From NCBI GenBank assembly GCA_963716475.1, contig OY970314.1:500790-564789 (forward strand): DNA of 64,000 bases, given 5' to 3'. Position numbers and translations under genes: made by a program. Source of the DNA: Candidatus Woesebacteria bacterium (GTDB taxonomy: Bacteria > Patescibacteriota > Microgenomatia > UBA8517). The notes under the pieces are model-generated. The model was not told the origin of the DNA and ran no database searches. It worked only from the letters and a program-made list of their open reading frames with translations. Shown one piece after another: positions 51,015-60,704 of this stretch; position 1 is the first letter of the stretch; each line of letters opens with the position of its first letter.

Positions 51015-51746
51015 TCAGTACGAGTCTTTAATCCAGTCGAAATAGCGGATAGAGAGAAGTTCGTGGAATGACCTTACCATATCACCCGGGAAACGGACTC
51101 TTGTCTGTTTATCGTTTTTCCATACCACAGGTACTTCTTTAATAGAAAATCCATACTTTTTAGCCAAAAACAATGTCTCTGAATCAAAACCCCAACGAAA
51201 AATTTTCGTCTTATGAAAAATTTGTTGGGCGGCTTCTCGGGAAAAGCATTTAAAACCGCAGGTAAAATCTGTGACCTTGGTGTTTAATATTAATCGCGAA
51301 AGCAAAGTAAATATTTTTCCAAGATTTTCCCTTAAAAAAGGCTGATGCACAACAACTTCTGCTCCCTTGACTTTTCTGGTCCCTATAACCACATCATATT
51401 GGTTGATAAATTGACTGATCTTTTTTATTTCATCTATGGGTGTCGAAAGGTCTACATCCATAAATAATCTAAACTCACCAACTGCCGCCAACATTCCTGT
51501 TTTAACAGCATATCCTTTTCCACGGTTGTTTCTATAACTTATAAGCCTAAAGTCTGATTTCTTCTTGAGAAATTTGAGTCTTTCAAGAGTGTTGTCAGTA
51601 CTTCCGTCGTCCACGACAATAAGTTCCCACGGCTTATCAAGTCCCCGCAAATACCGGAGTATATTAACTATGTTATCAACACGTGTAGCCTCGTTATAAC
51701 AGGGAACAATAATAGACCAGAAAACGCTTTTTTGTTTTACTGTCAC
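51015..51746 (-). CDS. GT2 polyprenyl-phosphate glucosyltransferase-like (ALG5/DPG synthase type)
   Basis: IVPCYNE, VDDGSTD, NRGKGYAVKTG, FMDVDLSTP, DFTCGFKCF, WGFDSE, EVPVVW. Confidence 0.87.
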   Translation of the reverse strand: MTVKQKSVFWSIIVPCYNEATRVDNIVNILRYLRGLDKPWELIVVDDGSTDNTLERLKFLKKKSDFRLISYRNNRGKGYAVKTGMLAAVGEFRLFMDVDLSTPIDEIKKISQFINQYDVVIGTRKVKGAEVVVHQPFLRENLGKIFTLLSRLILNTKVTDFTCGFKCFSREAAQQIFHKTKIFRWGFDSETLFLAKKYGFSIKEVPVVWKNDKQTRVRFPGDMVRSFHELLSIRYFDWIKDSY

Positions 51747-51768
51747 AGCATATAATATAACCTACGTA

Positions 51769-54117
51769 ATGATATTACTATTAGTTTTGTTTAACTTGAT
51801 CCTGTTTGCGCCGATGCTTCATGGTCTTATCCCCCTGCCTACAGATGCCCTCGCCGGTGTCTATTACCCTTGGGCCGGACAATTTTGGGGATTTGTGGCC
51901 GGAATTCCTTACAAAAATGTCTCTCTAACGGATGTCTTTTCTCAACTATATCCCTGGCGAAGCCTGGCGATAGATTTAATCAAACACGGCAGTCTGCCAT
52001 TATGGAACTCTTTCTCCTTCTCCGGATATCCCCTCCTGGCCAACTGGCAATCCGCACCGTTTTACCCTCTGAATCTACTGATGCTCATATTTGGAAATCC
52101 CCACGGATACGGGTTGATGGTTTTTCTGCAACCGGTTCTTGCTGCCTCATTTATGTATATTTTCCTTCGTCAGCTGGGTCTTTCCAAGGTGGCTGCGGGC
52201 GTGGGAGGGTTGGTTTCTGCATATTCAGGGTTTGTCATGGTTTATTTGGAATATGCAACCATTGGTCAAATAATGGTTTGGCTTCCGCTGGTCTTGTATC
52301 TCTTTGAGAAATATTTTGAAAAAAAACAGATTCGTTTCTTGGCCTTGTCGTCCATCTGCCTATTCCCGGTACTAACCGGCGGTTTTTTCCAACCTGCATT
52401 CTATGTCATCTTGATTGCGTCACTTTATTTTCTTTTCCGCTCCCTATCGCTTCCGGAAGCGGTAAACAAGACTCGTTTGATTACTTTAGGCGCCGTTTTC
52501 ATTTTGGTCGGAGCGACCACAGCTGCCGTACAACTGCTACCTACGGCCGAACTTCTGAAATATTCGATAAGAAATCTGGACCAGAATATCATCGAATATC
52601 ATTATGGCCTTCTGCCCGTTCAGAACCTTATTTCATTTTTAGCTCCGGATTTTTTTGGAAACCCTGCGACGCAAAATTATTGGGGGGTAATCCAGTATCA
52701 GGAAGTAACGGGGTACTTTTCGGTAATTGCCCTCGCGTTGGCGCTTGCGGGGCTTTTCACCAAAAAAAGGAACTGGATGTTAAATCTTTTCTCCGGACTA
52801 TTTATCGGGTCAATACTTCTTGCCTTTGATAACCCGATAGGCAGACTTATTTATCAACTTAAAGTTCCTCTTCTTGCTACCGGGTATGCTTCCCGCTGGC
52901 TCATAATAACAGCATTCTCGGGAGCGTTTCTTGCAGCAACCGCAATTGAAAGATTTAATCAAAAAAAACTAGCCGTTATTCTCTGTTCCTTACTGGATAT
53001 ACTGATTTTGATTTATGGACTGATTTGGAAAGGCGTTATTCCGGTAAATCTTAACTACATCCTTGTTGCATTAAGGAATCTTTTACTACCAATTGCTTTA
53101 CTGGCAGGGGGTGTCACCATTTGTATTTTTATCAGAAATAAAAACTGGGCAAAATGGCTGCTTTTAATACTCATCGTTTTTGATCTGGGCCGTTTTACGA
53201 TGAAATTCACACCCTTCTCCGATCCTCAGTACACCAGCCGCGCTGTCCCGGTTTTCGAATACATAAAGAGCCAGACCAATATTGATCGTGTGATAAGTGA
53301 AGAGGGCCCTGTCCTTCCTGCCAATACCTGGATGTATCCGGAACTTTATTCACCAACCGGTTACGATCCGCTCTTGATAAAAGACTATGCAGTCTTTTTT
53401 GATGGTCTAAATATGGGTCTGGTAAATAAACCGGATTTAAGCGGCAGGTTTGACCAGATTAACTTTACACGCTATTTAAATCTCGCCAATCTTAACTCTC
53501 CGCTTCTTGACTTGGTCGGAGCAAAATATCTACTGGCCATAAAATATGATCAGTGGGGGCAAATAAGTTCTGTGGGGAAAATAAATGAAGCCAAAGTAGA
53601 TTTGACCCGCTATAAACCCGTATTTGAAGACGGAGAAACTGTTGTATTACAAAACCAAACAGTACTTCCAAGAGTTATTCTATACTACCAAGCGGAATCG
53701 GAAACAGACAATGTACAAGCGGCAGAGAAATTGGTAACGGGTTTTGATTTTCGAAACAAACTCCTTATTGACAAGGAAAATCCTACACAATATATGCCGG
53801 GAGAAAACGATACGGTTGAAATTGCCGAATATTCCGCTAACAAGGTTGATTTTCAGGTAAAAACTCAAAGTGGAGCATACTTTTTTCTATCGGACACTTT
53901 CTTCCCTGGTTGGCAGGTTTCTATCAACGGGAAGTCGGGCGAAATTTTACGTGCAGATAGCATCTTCAGAGCCGTTGAGGTTCCGCCGGGTGAATCACAA
54001 ATTGAAATGGTTTACTCGCCAAATAGCTTTAAGGTCGGCGCTATTATTTCGATAATTTCGCTTACGATACTGCTGATTTTGACATTTAAAAAACCACTTA
54101 ATCACGACACTAACTGA
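51769..54117 (+). CDS. YfhO family GT-C membrane protein
   Basis: DVFSQLYPWR...LPLWNSFSFSGYPLLANWQSAPFYP, AVQLLP, GYDP, C-terminal LSDTFFPGWQVSING...FRAVEVPPG..YSP. Confidence 0.85.
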   Translation: MILLLVLFNLILFAPMLHGLIPLPTDALAGVYYPWAGQFWGFVAGIPYKNVSLTDVFSQLYPWRSLAIDLIKHGSLPLWNSFSFSGYPLLANWQSAPFYPLNLLMLIFGNPHGYGLMVFLQPVLAASFMYIFLRQLGLSKVAAGVGGLVSAYSGFVMVYLEYATIGQIMVWLPLVLYLFEKYFEKKQIRFLALSSICLFPVLTGGFFQPAFYVILIASLYFLFRSLSLPEAVNKTRLITLGAVFILVGATTAAVQLLPTAELLKYSIRNLDQNIIEYHYGLLPVQNLISFLAPDFFGNPATQNYWGVIQYQEVTGYFSVIALALALAGLFTKKRNWMLNLFSGLFIGSILLAFDNPIGRLIYQLKVPLLATGYASRWLIITAFSGAFLAATAIERFNQKKLAVILCSLLDILILIYGLIWKGVIPVNLNYILVALRNLLLPIALLAGGVTICIFIRNKNWAKWLLLILIVFDLGRFTMKFTPFSDPQYTSRAVPVFEYIKSQTNIDRVISEEGPVLPANTWMYPELYSPTGYDPLLIKDYAVFFDGLNMGLVNKPDLSGRFDQINFTRYLNLANLNSPLLDLVGAKYLLAIKYDQWGQISSVGKINEAKVDLTRYKPVFEDGETVVLQNQTVLPRVILYYQAESETDNVQAAEKLVTGFDFRNKLLIDKENPTQYMPGENDTVEIAEYSANKVDFQVKTQSGAYFFLSDTFFPGWQVSINGKSGEILRADSIFRAVEVPPGESQIEMVYSPNSFKVGAIISIISLTILLILTFKKPLNHDTN

Positions 54118-54129
54118 CAGCCTACCTGA

Positions 54130-55236
54130 TCATACCCTTTTCTTTAGAAGGCCCACCAACAAGGAGGAAAGATTCAGATAAGCGTAAGGCAAGATTATTA
54201 AGAAATATCTTGTAAAGGGTACCTGTGTACTGGTTAAAAGAAGATAACCAATTGGTAGTAAATAAAAGAAAAACCTTAAGTCTTTCAACTTTGTTTTAAA
54301 GATTAGAAATACTGAAGCAAGAAAAGATATTGGCCAAAGAAAACTCCAGTCTCCTATGTGTATTATTCCGTTTTGCCACCACGGAAGAAAATAGCCGCTG
54401 ATAAATAATGCTATCGGACCTCCCGGAACACCTGCCGAATTGTGCGCCAACATATACCTTAAGACCTTGCCTTGATAAATAACTATGTTGAAATCTCCAT
54501 AATTGTTGATAAAAGTTTTTATATATAAAAGACTGTATGTGATAAGTGTAGTCAGCAGTACCAATCCTATCTTTTTAATATTGAGTCTTTCCTTCCTAAT
54601 GAATATTTTGTATATGGTAATTAAAAAAACAAATATAACTGCTGTGGACCAAAATTTGGAAGCAGCAAAAAGACCCAGTGTGATTCCCTGTAAGATAAAA
54701 CTTTCAGGATAAAAAAACATCAGAATAACAAAACTTAGAGCAAAAACCGTTTGCCCCAGGTCCAATAACGCCCCGTTCATCATGCCTCCAAAAACAGGGT
54801 CAATTAATAAAAGGGTAGTTCCAATTAAGGAAACTGCCCGGTTTTTAAATAGTTTCATCCCCAAAAAGTAAGTCAACCAAAGAAGTGCTATACCAAAAAC
54901 AATTTGGACATAAAAAGGATTTCCAAAAGCAAGGATGCTAAAACCGAAAAGGTATTTAATGAGTGCCGGAACTTGGAAATCATACCCCGTCGGGTCTGCC
55001 CCTTTTGCGTAAAGATACCCCGAGGCAATATAGAGATCGCTGTCGGAAAGGAAAATTCTATCTTTAATGGCATTACCTTTATCCTCGATGTCCTGAGATC
55101 TAAGATACTCGGATATCAAATTTACATTAAACTTATATTTAAAAAGGTCCTGATGTTTTAGAAAAAGAAAGCCTAAAAACAGTAGAGTAATAAAAGCATA
55201 CGGAAGAATCTTTTTTAATCGGAAAATTAATTTCAT
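54130..55236 (-). CDS. PMT-like GT-C membrane protein
   Basis: SDSDLY..SGYLY...FQVPALIKYL, ALLD, ASKF, FTRY. Confidence 0.7.
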   Translation of the reverse strand: MKLIFRLKKILPYAFITLLFLGFLFLKHQDLFKYKFNVNLISEYLRSQDIEDKGNAIKDRIFLSDSDLYIASGYLYAKGADPTGYDFQVPALIKYLFGFSILAFGNPFYVQIVFGIALLWLTYFLGMKLFKNRAVSLIGTTLLLIDPVFGGMMNGALLDLGQTVFALSFVILMFFYPESFILQGITLGLFAASKFWSTAVIFVFLITIYKIFIRKERLNIKKIGLVLLTTLITYSLLYIKTFINNYGDFNIVIYQGKVLRYMLAHNSAGVPGGPIALFISGYFLPWWQNGIIHIGDWSFLWPISFLASVFLIFKTKLKDLRFFFYLLPIGYLLLTSTQVPFTRYFLIILPYAYLNLSSLLVGLLKKRV

Positions 55237-55248
55237 ATAAAACCGATC

Positions 55249-56094
55249 TTACTTACTTGCAGTAATGTATTTAAAATAAGCGATCGGAAAATGCATAGCG
55301 GAAAAGAAGCTCCAAAGGAAACCGCCGGACCCGTCCAAAAACCCCAAATGGCGAAAATAGAGGTTTAAAAAGGTTCTTAACGGATAGTAAATAGTAAACA
55401 GCAAAAATGCAATAACACCTTTCGAAACCTTGTTGTCTCCAAGCTCTTTAGCTTTTAAATCGGTATAACGGTTGAAACGTACCAAATAGCGTTTGAGTGT
55501 TGGTGAATCATAATGCTCAAGGTCGCTGCTGAGCCAACCGACTTCACCATCTAGTTCAATCTGTTCGTGCACGGATCTTTGAGGGAACCTTGATTTCCCG
55601 TTTTTAACCAGGCGGATTACCCCATCAGGGTAGACCCCGGCGTGGATTAACGGTTTACCCAAGAAAATATTTCTTCTGGGAATAAAGTATCCGACAATTT
55701 CGCCGGTTTTTTTGCCTATCGGACCATCCCTTTCCTCTATGAGTTTTTGATGACGTAGGAACAGCTTATTGTAATTCGTAACCGGTAGTCGATGATTAAC
55801 GACAGAAATAATTTCTTTCGCCAATGCCGGCGTCACGGCCTCGTCCGCATCAAGCTGGAGTATCCATTCACCGGAGGCTTTTTCTAGAGCTTTTTGCTTG
55901 GTAACATGGAAAATGTCATGGTGGGGTTCAAGAAATATTTTTGCACCATTCTTTTTGGCAATCTCGACCGTTTTATCCGTCGAGTACTCGTCTACAACAA
56001 CAATTTCATCTGCTATATCTTTAACAGATTCAAGGCAACGACCAATATTAGTCTCCTCATTTCTGACTGCCAGGACAACAGATAGTTTGAACAT
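55249..56094 (-). CDS. Glycosyltransferase family 2 (beta-1,4-glucosyltransferase/WaaE-like)
   Basis: AVRNEE, VDEYSTDKT, WILQLDADE, YPDGVIRL, VHEQ, YFRHLGFLDG. Confidence 0.88.
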   Translation of the reverse strand: MFKLSVVLAVRNEETNIGRCLESVKDIADEIVVVDEYSTDKTVEIAKKNGAKIFLEPHHDIFHVTKQKALEKASGEWILQLDADEAVTPALAKEIISVVNHRLPVTNYNKLFLRHQKLIEERDGPIGKKTGEIVGYFIPRRNIFLGKPLIHAGVYPDGVIRLVKNGKSRFPQRSVHEQIELDGEVGWLSSDLEHYDSPTLKRYLVRFNRYTDLKAKELGDNKVSKGVIAFLLFTIYYPLRTFLNLYFRHLGFLDGSGGFLWSFFSAMHFPIAYFKYITASK

Positions 56095-57656
56095 TAGTCA
56101 AAAGTACTCCTCGCGGTTACCAGGAAAAATGCATCCGACCCATTGGGATATTTTACAGCGTAAACGGTTTCAAATAAAAGCTGGTATTTTAAACCAGTGT
56201 AAACCGACGGCGTAACCACATATAAAACATGCGGAATCGGTTGACTATCAATAGGGTCCCAAAGGCCAAAATGATACTTTGAATATCCGGCTACGGTATT
56301 TGCCGGTCTTGATTGGGTTTCGTTATATTTAACAGTCTTCAAATATAAGGACAGAGGAGTTTTAAGATAAAAAAGATAGAAAATGTAAGGCTGCTGCCTT
56401 TCCGGAGTCATGTAGACCTCATCGTATTCCGGATGGGCTTTCACAAACTCAACGACCTGTTTCATTCCGTATTGCCATTCAATTGCATACCTTTTGGTGT
56501 AAACACCAAAATAATTTCGTATATAACCGAATAACGAAACTCCCAGAATGCCGGTTATTAATAGACCCACCGCAACTTTTATGTATCTGTTCTTAAACAT
56601 TTTTATTATCGTAAACACACCTAGGGCCGCAATAAGATGCCAACTTCCCGTCATAAACATTGCCCGGGCGGCGTGAGGTGCTTCGCTTGTTACACTCGCA
56701 GGTATCGGGGCCAGAAGAGCCCATGCTAAAACAATCAAATATTCTTTTTTACCTCTGAATATTCCCCAAATCAGGGCAATAACTCCTATTATTAAAAAAA
56801 CAATATCAACCTTGTAAAAAGTACCTGTTTGACCGGAAAGTCTGGGGTTACTGTCCCCTTGTACAAAGAGAAAGTTATATGAAAAATGCTCTAAATATTT
56901 TTTGGTGATAGCCTGGATGTTTCTTTCCTGAGGAGAAGATGTCTGCTTGAATCTTGCCCCACCGAGGAGAGCCGGCTCCACAAAAAATAAACTGACGAAA
57001 ATAAAAAATGCCAAAAGCCCCGCAAAAAAATATTTTTTATCCTTCAGAAGGTCCTTAAAATAGATAATAGTTATCAAAAGGAGTAGCGGGGGAACCAGCA
57101 CGGTTGCACTTTGATACGCAAGCAGGTCAAGACCCAAAGAAGCGAACCCCAATACTATTAAATAGTTCCTTTTTTCAAGACCTTTTAATATAAGGTAAAA
57201 ACCCAGCATGAAGAAAAAAATCGCGAAATTCAGTTCATGATTAAATCGTGAAAAGTGTATGTTATATGGCGAAATCGTTAATATTAACGAGGCTATAAGC
57301 CCTGCCCAACTGCTATCAAAGATCTTCTTACCCAGAAAAAAGATTATTGCTACGTTAAGGACTCCGAACAGTGCGGAGGAAGCTCTAACTCCTAATTCGT
57401 TAAGACCGAAAACCGCAATCGTCGGTACGGTTAAATAAATATGAACGGGGTGCTTATCATCTTCAAATGATTTAAAAATCAGGGGTAGTGTTTTACCCCA
57501 TTCGTCTTTTCCCCAATGTAAGATTGTCCAGGCATTATAACCGACAGCTGTCTCATCCCAACTTATAGAAGGAGGGGCACTGCTCAATTTATAGAAACGT
57601 AAAATCGCAGCCAAAATTAAAATAGCTGCAAAGATAATTAAGGTTAACTTTTTCAC
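56094..57656 (-). CDS. GT-C fold glycosyltransferase (ArnT/PMT family, tandem paralogue)
   Basis: PPSISWDETAVGYNAWTILHWGKDEWG, DDKHP, SPYNIHFSR, FLFVQGD. Confidence 0.87.
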   Translation of the reverse strand: MKKLTLIIFAAILILAAILRFYKLSSAPPSISWDETAVGYNAWTILHWGKDEWGKTLPLIFKSFEDDKHPVHIYLTVPTIAVFGLNELGVRASSALFGVLNVAIIFFLGKKIFDSSWAGLIASLILTISPYNIHFSRFNHELNFAIFFFMLGFYLILKGLEKRNYLIVLGFASLGLDLLAYQSATVLVPPLLLLITIIYFKDLLKDKKYFFAGLLAFFIFVSLFFVEPALLGGARFKQTSSPQERNIQAITKKYLEHFSYNFLFVQGDSNPRLSGQTGTFYKVDIVFLIIGVIALIWGIFRGKKEYLIVLAWALLAPIPASVTSEAPHAARAMFMTGSWHLIAALGVFTIIKMFKNRYIKVAVGLLITGILGVSLFGYIRNYFGVYTKRYAIEWQYGMKQVVEFVKAHPEYDEVYMTPERQQPYIFYLFYLKTPLSLYLKTVKYNETQSRPANTVAGYSKYHFGLWDPIDSQPIPHVLYVVTPSVYTGLKYQLLFETVYAVKYPNGSDAFFLVTARSTFD

Positions 57657-59029
57657 TTAAATTGAAATCCGTTGAATGACGCTACCTTTGAAAATCCCCA
57701 ATCGCTAACCGGGTTTAGCTTCACCTCTTCCCTGAATTTTTCCGGAGGATATTTCAGGTAATAGAGAGCAAAGATATAAGGCTGAGCATACTTATCGGAA
57801 ACCACACCGCTTTTTTGATTCGCAAAAATTTCCTTATATTGATACTGCCAATCAGAAGCGGTCTCGGAAGAATATTTTGTCAAAAAATCAACCATGTACG
57901 ATTCGAAAGACAAGTAGTAAGCCGCAATTACAACCAAAAGGATAACTGTACTAAATTTTTTGATATTTTCTCTTAAGAACATGACACCCAGAGCTGACAT
58001 TATGGCAAGTGAAGGAGCCGCAAGGAGTGCTCTTAACGCATGGGGTGATTCTTTGGTCAAGGCTGCGGGAATCGGAGCAATCAGAAGCGTTGCCAAAGGC
58101 AAAAAGTATAATATTTTTTTACTTTTAATAATTGCGAGTAAGCCTAAAAGTATCAGGGGAGCTTCAAATAAATAAAGCTCACCGTGTCCCGGAATTTGAC
58201 TGCGGGGATTGGTATCACCTTTGAAAAATAAAAATTGGGGGTCAAAATGGGAAAAATAGTTTTTAACAAAATCCAGCTTACTCGTAATTTGCACTTCAGC
58301 AAACCTCGCCCCACCCGAATCGTATTTATAAAGTCTATAAACCGGAATTAAGCTTAATAAGAATAATGTTATAGAAATGATAAGAACAACCGGATACTTG
58401 CGGTCTCTGATAAACTCGCGAAACTTGTAGACAAAAAGTAAAACCATCCAAATAGGAACAATTATCCGGAATGAGTTGTAACTGTAAAAAGATAAAATAA
58501 AACTTAATGTTGCAGCCAATAAATAATATTTGTTTTTGGGGAGAAGCAGAAACAAATACGTAGCGAGTAAAAAGAAAAATAGGCCCGCGGTGGCTTCATA
58601 TCCGGTTCTTGAAAATATAAAAAACCACGGAGAAAAACTTAGAATAAAGCTTGCCAGGATCGCAATACTCTCTTTGCCGGTTATTTTCTTGGTTAATAAA
58701 TAGACAACAATCAAAGTTCCCAACGAATACAAAACTGCCGGAAGTCTGACGGCATATTCATTTAAGCCTATTGTCTTAACAAATATGGCTACTGAATAAA
58801 TGTAGACCGGAAGCTTAAATTCGCCGAAGGCGCGAAAATGCAGAGGAAGTGTCACTCCCCATTCATCTTTCAGGTCGGTCGCAATCGAATAAGCATTATA
58901 TCCTATCGAGGCCTCATCCCAATAAACGGATTGCGGTATTTCTGCAATTTTATATATTCGGGTAGCAAGAAAAAGAACCAATACAAAGGCGAAGATTATT
59001 TTTCGTTTAATGAACGCATTATTTCGCAT
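57653..59029 (-). CDS. GT-C fold glycosyltransferase (ArnT/PMT family, tandem paralogue, short C-terminus)
   Basis: PQSVYWDEASIGYNAYSIATDLKDEWG, EFKLP, SPWFFIFSR, FLFFKGD; probable start ATG 59029. Confidence 0.87.
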   Translation of the reverse strand: MRNNAFIKRKIIFAFVLVLFLATRIYKIAEIPQSVYWDEASIGYNAYSIATDLKDEWGVTLPLHFRAFGEFKLPVYIYSVAIFVKTIGLNEYAVRLPAVLYSLGTLIVVYLLTKKITGKESIAILASFILSFSPWFFIFSRTGYEATAGLFFFLLATYLFLLLPKNKYYLLAATLSFILSFYSYNSFRIIVPIWMVLLFVYKFREFIRDRKYPVVLIISITLFLLSLIPVYRLYKYDSGGARFAEVQITSKLDFVKNYFSHFDPQFLFFKGDTNPRSQIPGHGELYLFEAPLILLGLLAIIKSKKILYFLPLATLLIAPIPAALTKESPHALRALLAAPSLAIMSALGVMFLRENIKKFSTVILLVVIAAYYLSFESYMVDFLTKYSSETASDWQYQYKEIFANQKSGVVSDKYAQPYIFALYYLKYPPEKFREEVKLNPVSDWGFSKVASFNGFQFK

Positions 59030-60677
59030 TTTTTTCAACAATATCAAATGCCCTATTACCGTTAAGGAAATCAACAGTCAAAAGTCTTGGTAAATTATCA
59101 GGGAAGTCGCCGGATTTTCCTATAAACAACATTTTCTTCCCGGGATTTGCATTAACAATGTCTTGATAGTGAGTTCCGGTATCACCAAGGTCCGGAAAAT
59201 AAAACTTATCAAACTTGAGAACCCAAATCCATTGATTGGCCTCAAAACGGTCAAGGTTCGGGTCATTCTGATACTTTGCCGGGTCCCAGTTCAAGAAAAA
59301 AAGAGTAAACATGTGAGGCTCTCCGTAAGTCCGGCTGAAAACTATCAGGTCATAGTTGTTATAGTGCTCTTTTATATAACCTACTGCTTGCTTATAACCA
59401 TATTGCCAATCGCGTGAATATAGAACAGGATAAATATTGTAATAATTATTTAAATATCCTTTGAAACTGAAGGCTAGTGCAATTACTGACGCAGTCATTA
59501 CTACCCAACGGATAATATTCTTCCGGCTTAGCAACTTAAATGTCTTGTAAATACCAAGAGCGGTAAATATTTGATACGGAATTGCCGCCAATAGTGTTCT
59601 TAGTGCGTTAGGAATACTGTCAACCGTTGCCGATACAGGAATAAATGCCAAAAGTAACCATGTTACGAGTAGCCACCTCCATTTATTTTTGTTCCTAAAA
59701 AGAAAGAAAAGACCGATTAAAATAAACGGTGCCTGAATTGCATACATTTCCCCAATCCCTTGAACGTGTTGTTGCTTATGCCCCGCGCCATTTATAAAAA
59801 GGAAGTCGGGAGTAAAATGACTAAGGTAATTCCCCACGAATACATAAACATAATGTGTTACTTTATTGTGAATAAGACGGGGTAGCGGTTCAGGAAGACG
59901 TGTATTACCACGCGCTTCATTTATCCGAAGCGTAAATCCCGGATCATCTGTAATACTTACCAGATTAAACCTGGCTGTTGCCTCCCCGCTTATTACAAAG
60001 CTTGCAAGTGGGATCATCGACAACAAAAAAACCAGTAGGCTAAGAATAAATATTCTGGTATTTTTCAAAATATCTTTTTTATAAATTAGGAAAAGGGCTA
60101 GTACAAATAGTGGAGTAAAAACCCGTGCGGCATTATAAGTATAAATTGAAATAATAAAAGGTATTGTCGAGGCTAACCAATATTTTTTGTTTGTAAATCC
60201 CTTGATAAAAAGCCACACCCCAAGGGTAACCCAGAAAACCGAAAATGAGGATTCAAAAGATACCCTAGTCAGCTGAATATGCCAGGGGGAAATTGCAAGA
60301 AAAAATGAGGAGGTTAGAGCAATCCACTCGTTTTGAAAAATTTCCTTGGCCAAGAAATAAAGAAGTAACACCGTCAATGTTCCGTAAATGACAGGAGTAA
60401 TCCTTACTCCGAGCTCGTTAAGACCGAACATTGCAATTCCCGGAATCGAAGCATATATCTGCGCCGGAAGTTTATACTCACCGTAAGATTTAAAATGAAC
60501 AGGCAAAAGCTGCCCCCACTCGTCTCGGCCGGTTTTGAGAACGGAGTAGGCGTTGTAGCCGATTGATACCTCGTCCCAGTTGAGTGATGGCGGATCAGAA
60601 GTAACCCTATATAGCCTCAGGAATAAAGCCAGCGCGACAACCAAGAAAAGAACAATCCTGGATAAATTACGCTTCAT
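59019..60677 (-). CDS. GT-C fold glycosyltransferase (ArnT/PMT family, tandem paralogue)
   Basis: PPSLNWDEVSIGYNAYSVLKTGRDEWG, EYKLP, SPWHIQLTR, FLFING. Confidence 0.87.
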   Translation of the reverse strand: MKRNLSRIVLFLVVALALFLRLYRVTSDPPSLNWDEVSIGYNAYSVLKTGRDEWGQLLPVHFKSYGEYKLPAQIYASIPGIAMFGLNELGVRITPVIYGTLTVLLLYFLAKEIFQNEWIALTSSFFLAISPWHIQLTRVSFESSFSVFWVTLGVWLFIKGFTNKKYWLASTIPFIISIYTYNAARVFTPLFVLALFLIYKKDILKNTRIFILSLLVFLLSMIPLASFVISGEATARFNLVSITDDPGFTLRINEARGNTRLPEPLPRLIHNKVTHYVYVFVGNYLSHFTPDFLFINGAGHKQQHVQGIGEMYAIQAPFILIGLFFLFRNKNKWRWLLVTWLLLAFIPVSATVDSIPNALRTLLAAIPYQIFTALGIYKTFKLLSRKNIIRWVVMTASVIALAFSFKGYLNNYYNIYPVLYSRDWQYGYKQAVGYIKEHYNNYDLIVFSRTYGEPHMFTLFFLNWDPAKYQNDPNLDRFEANQWIWVLKFDKFYFPDLGDTGTHYQDIVNANPGKKMLFIGKSGDFPDNLPRLLTVDFLNGNRAFDIVEKNAK

Positions 60678-60704
60678 TACTATTAATTATGCCTTAAAAT
60701 GCTT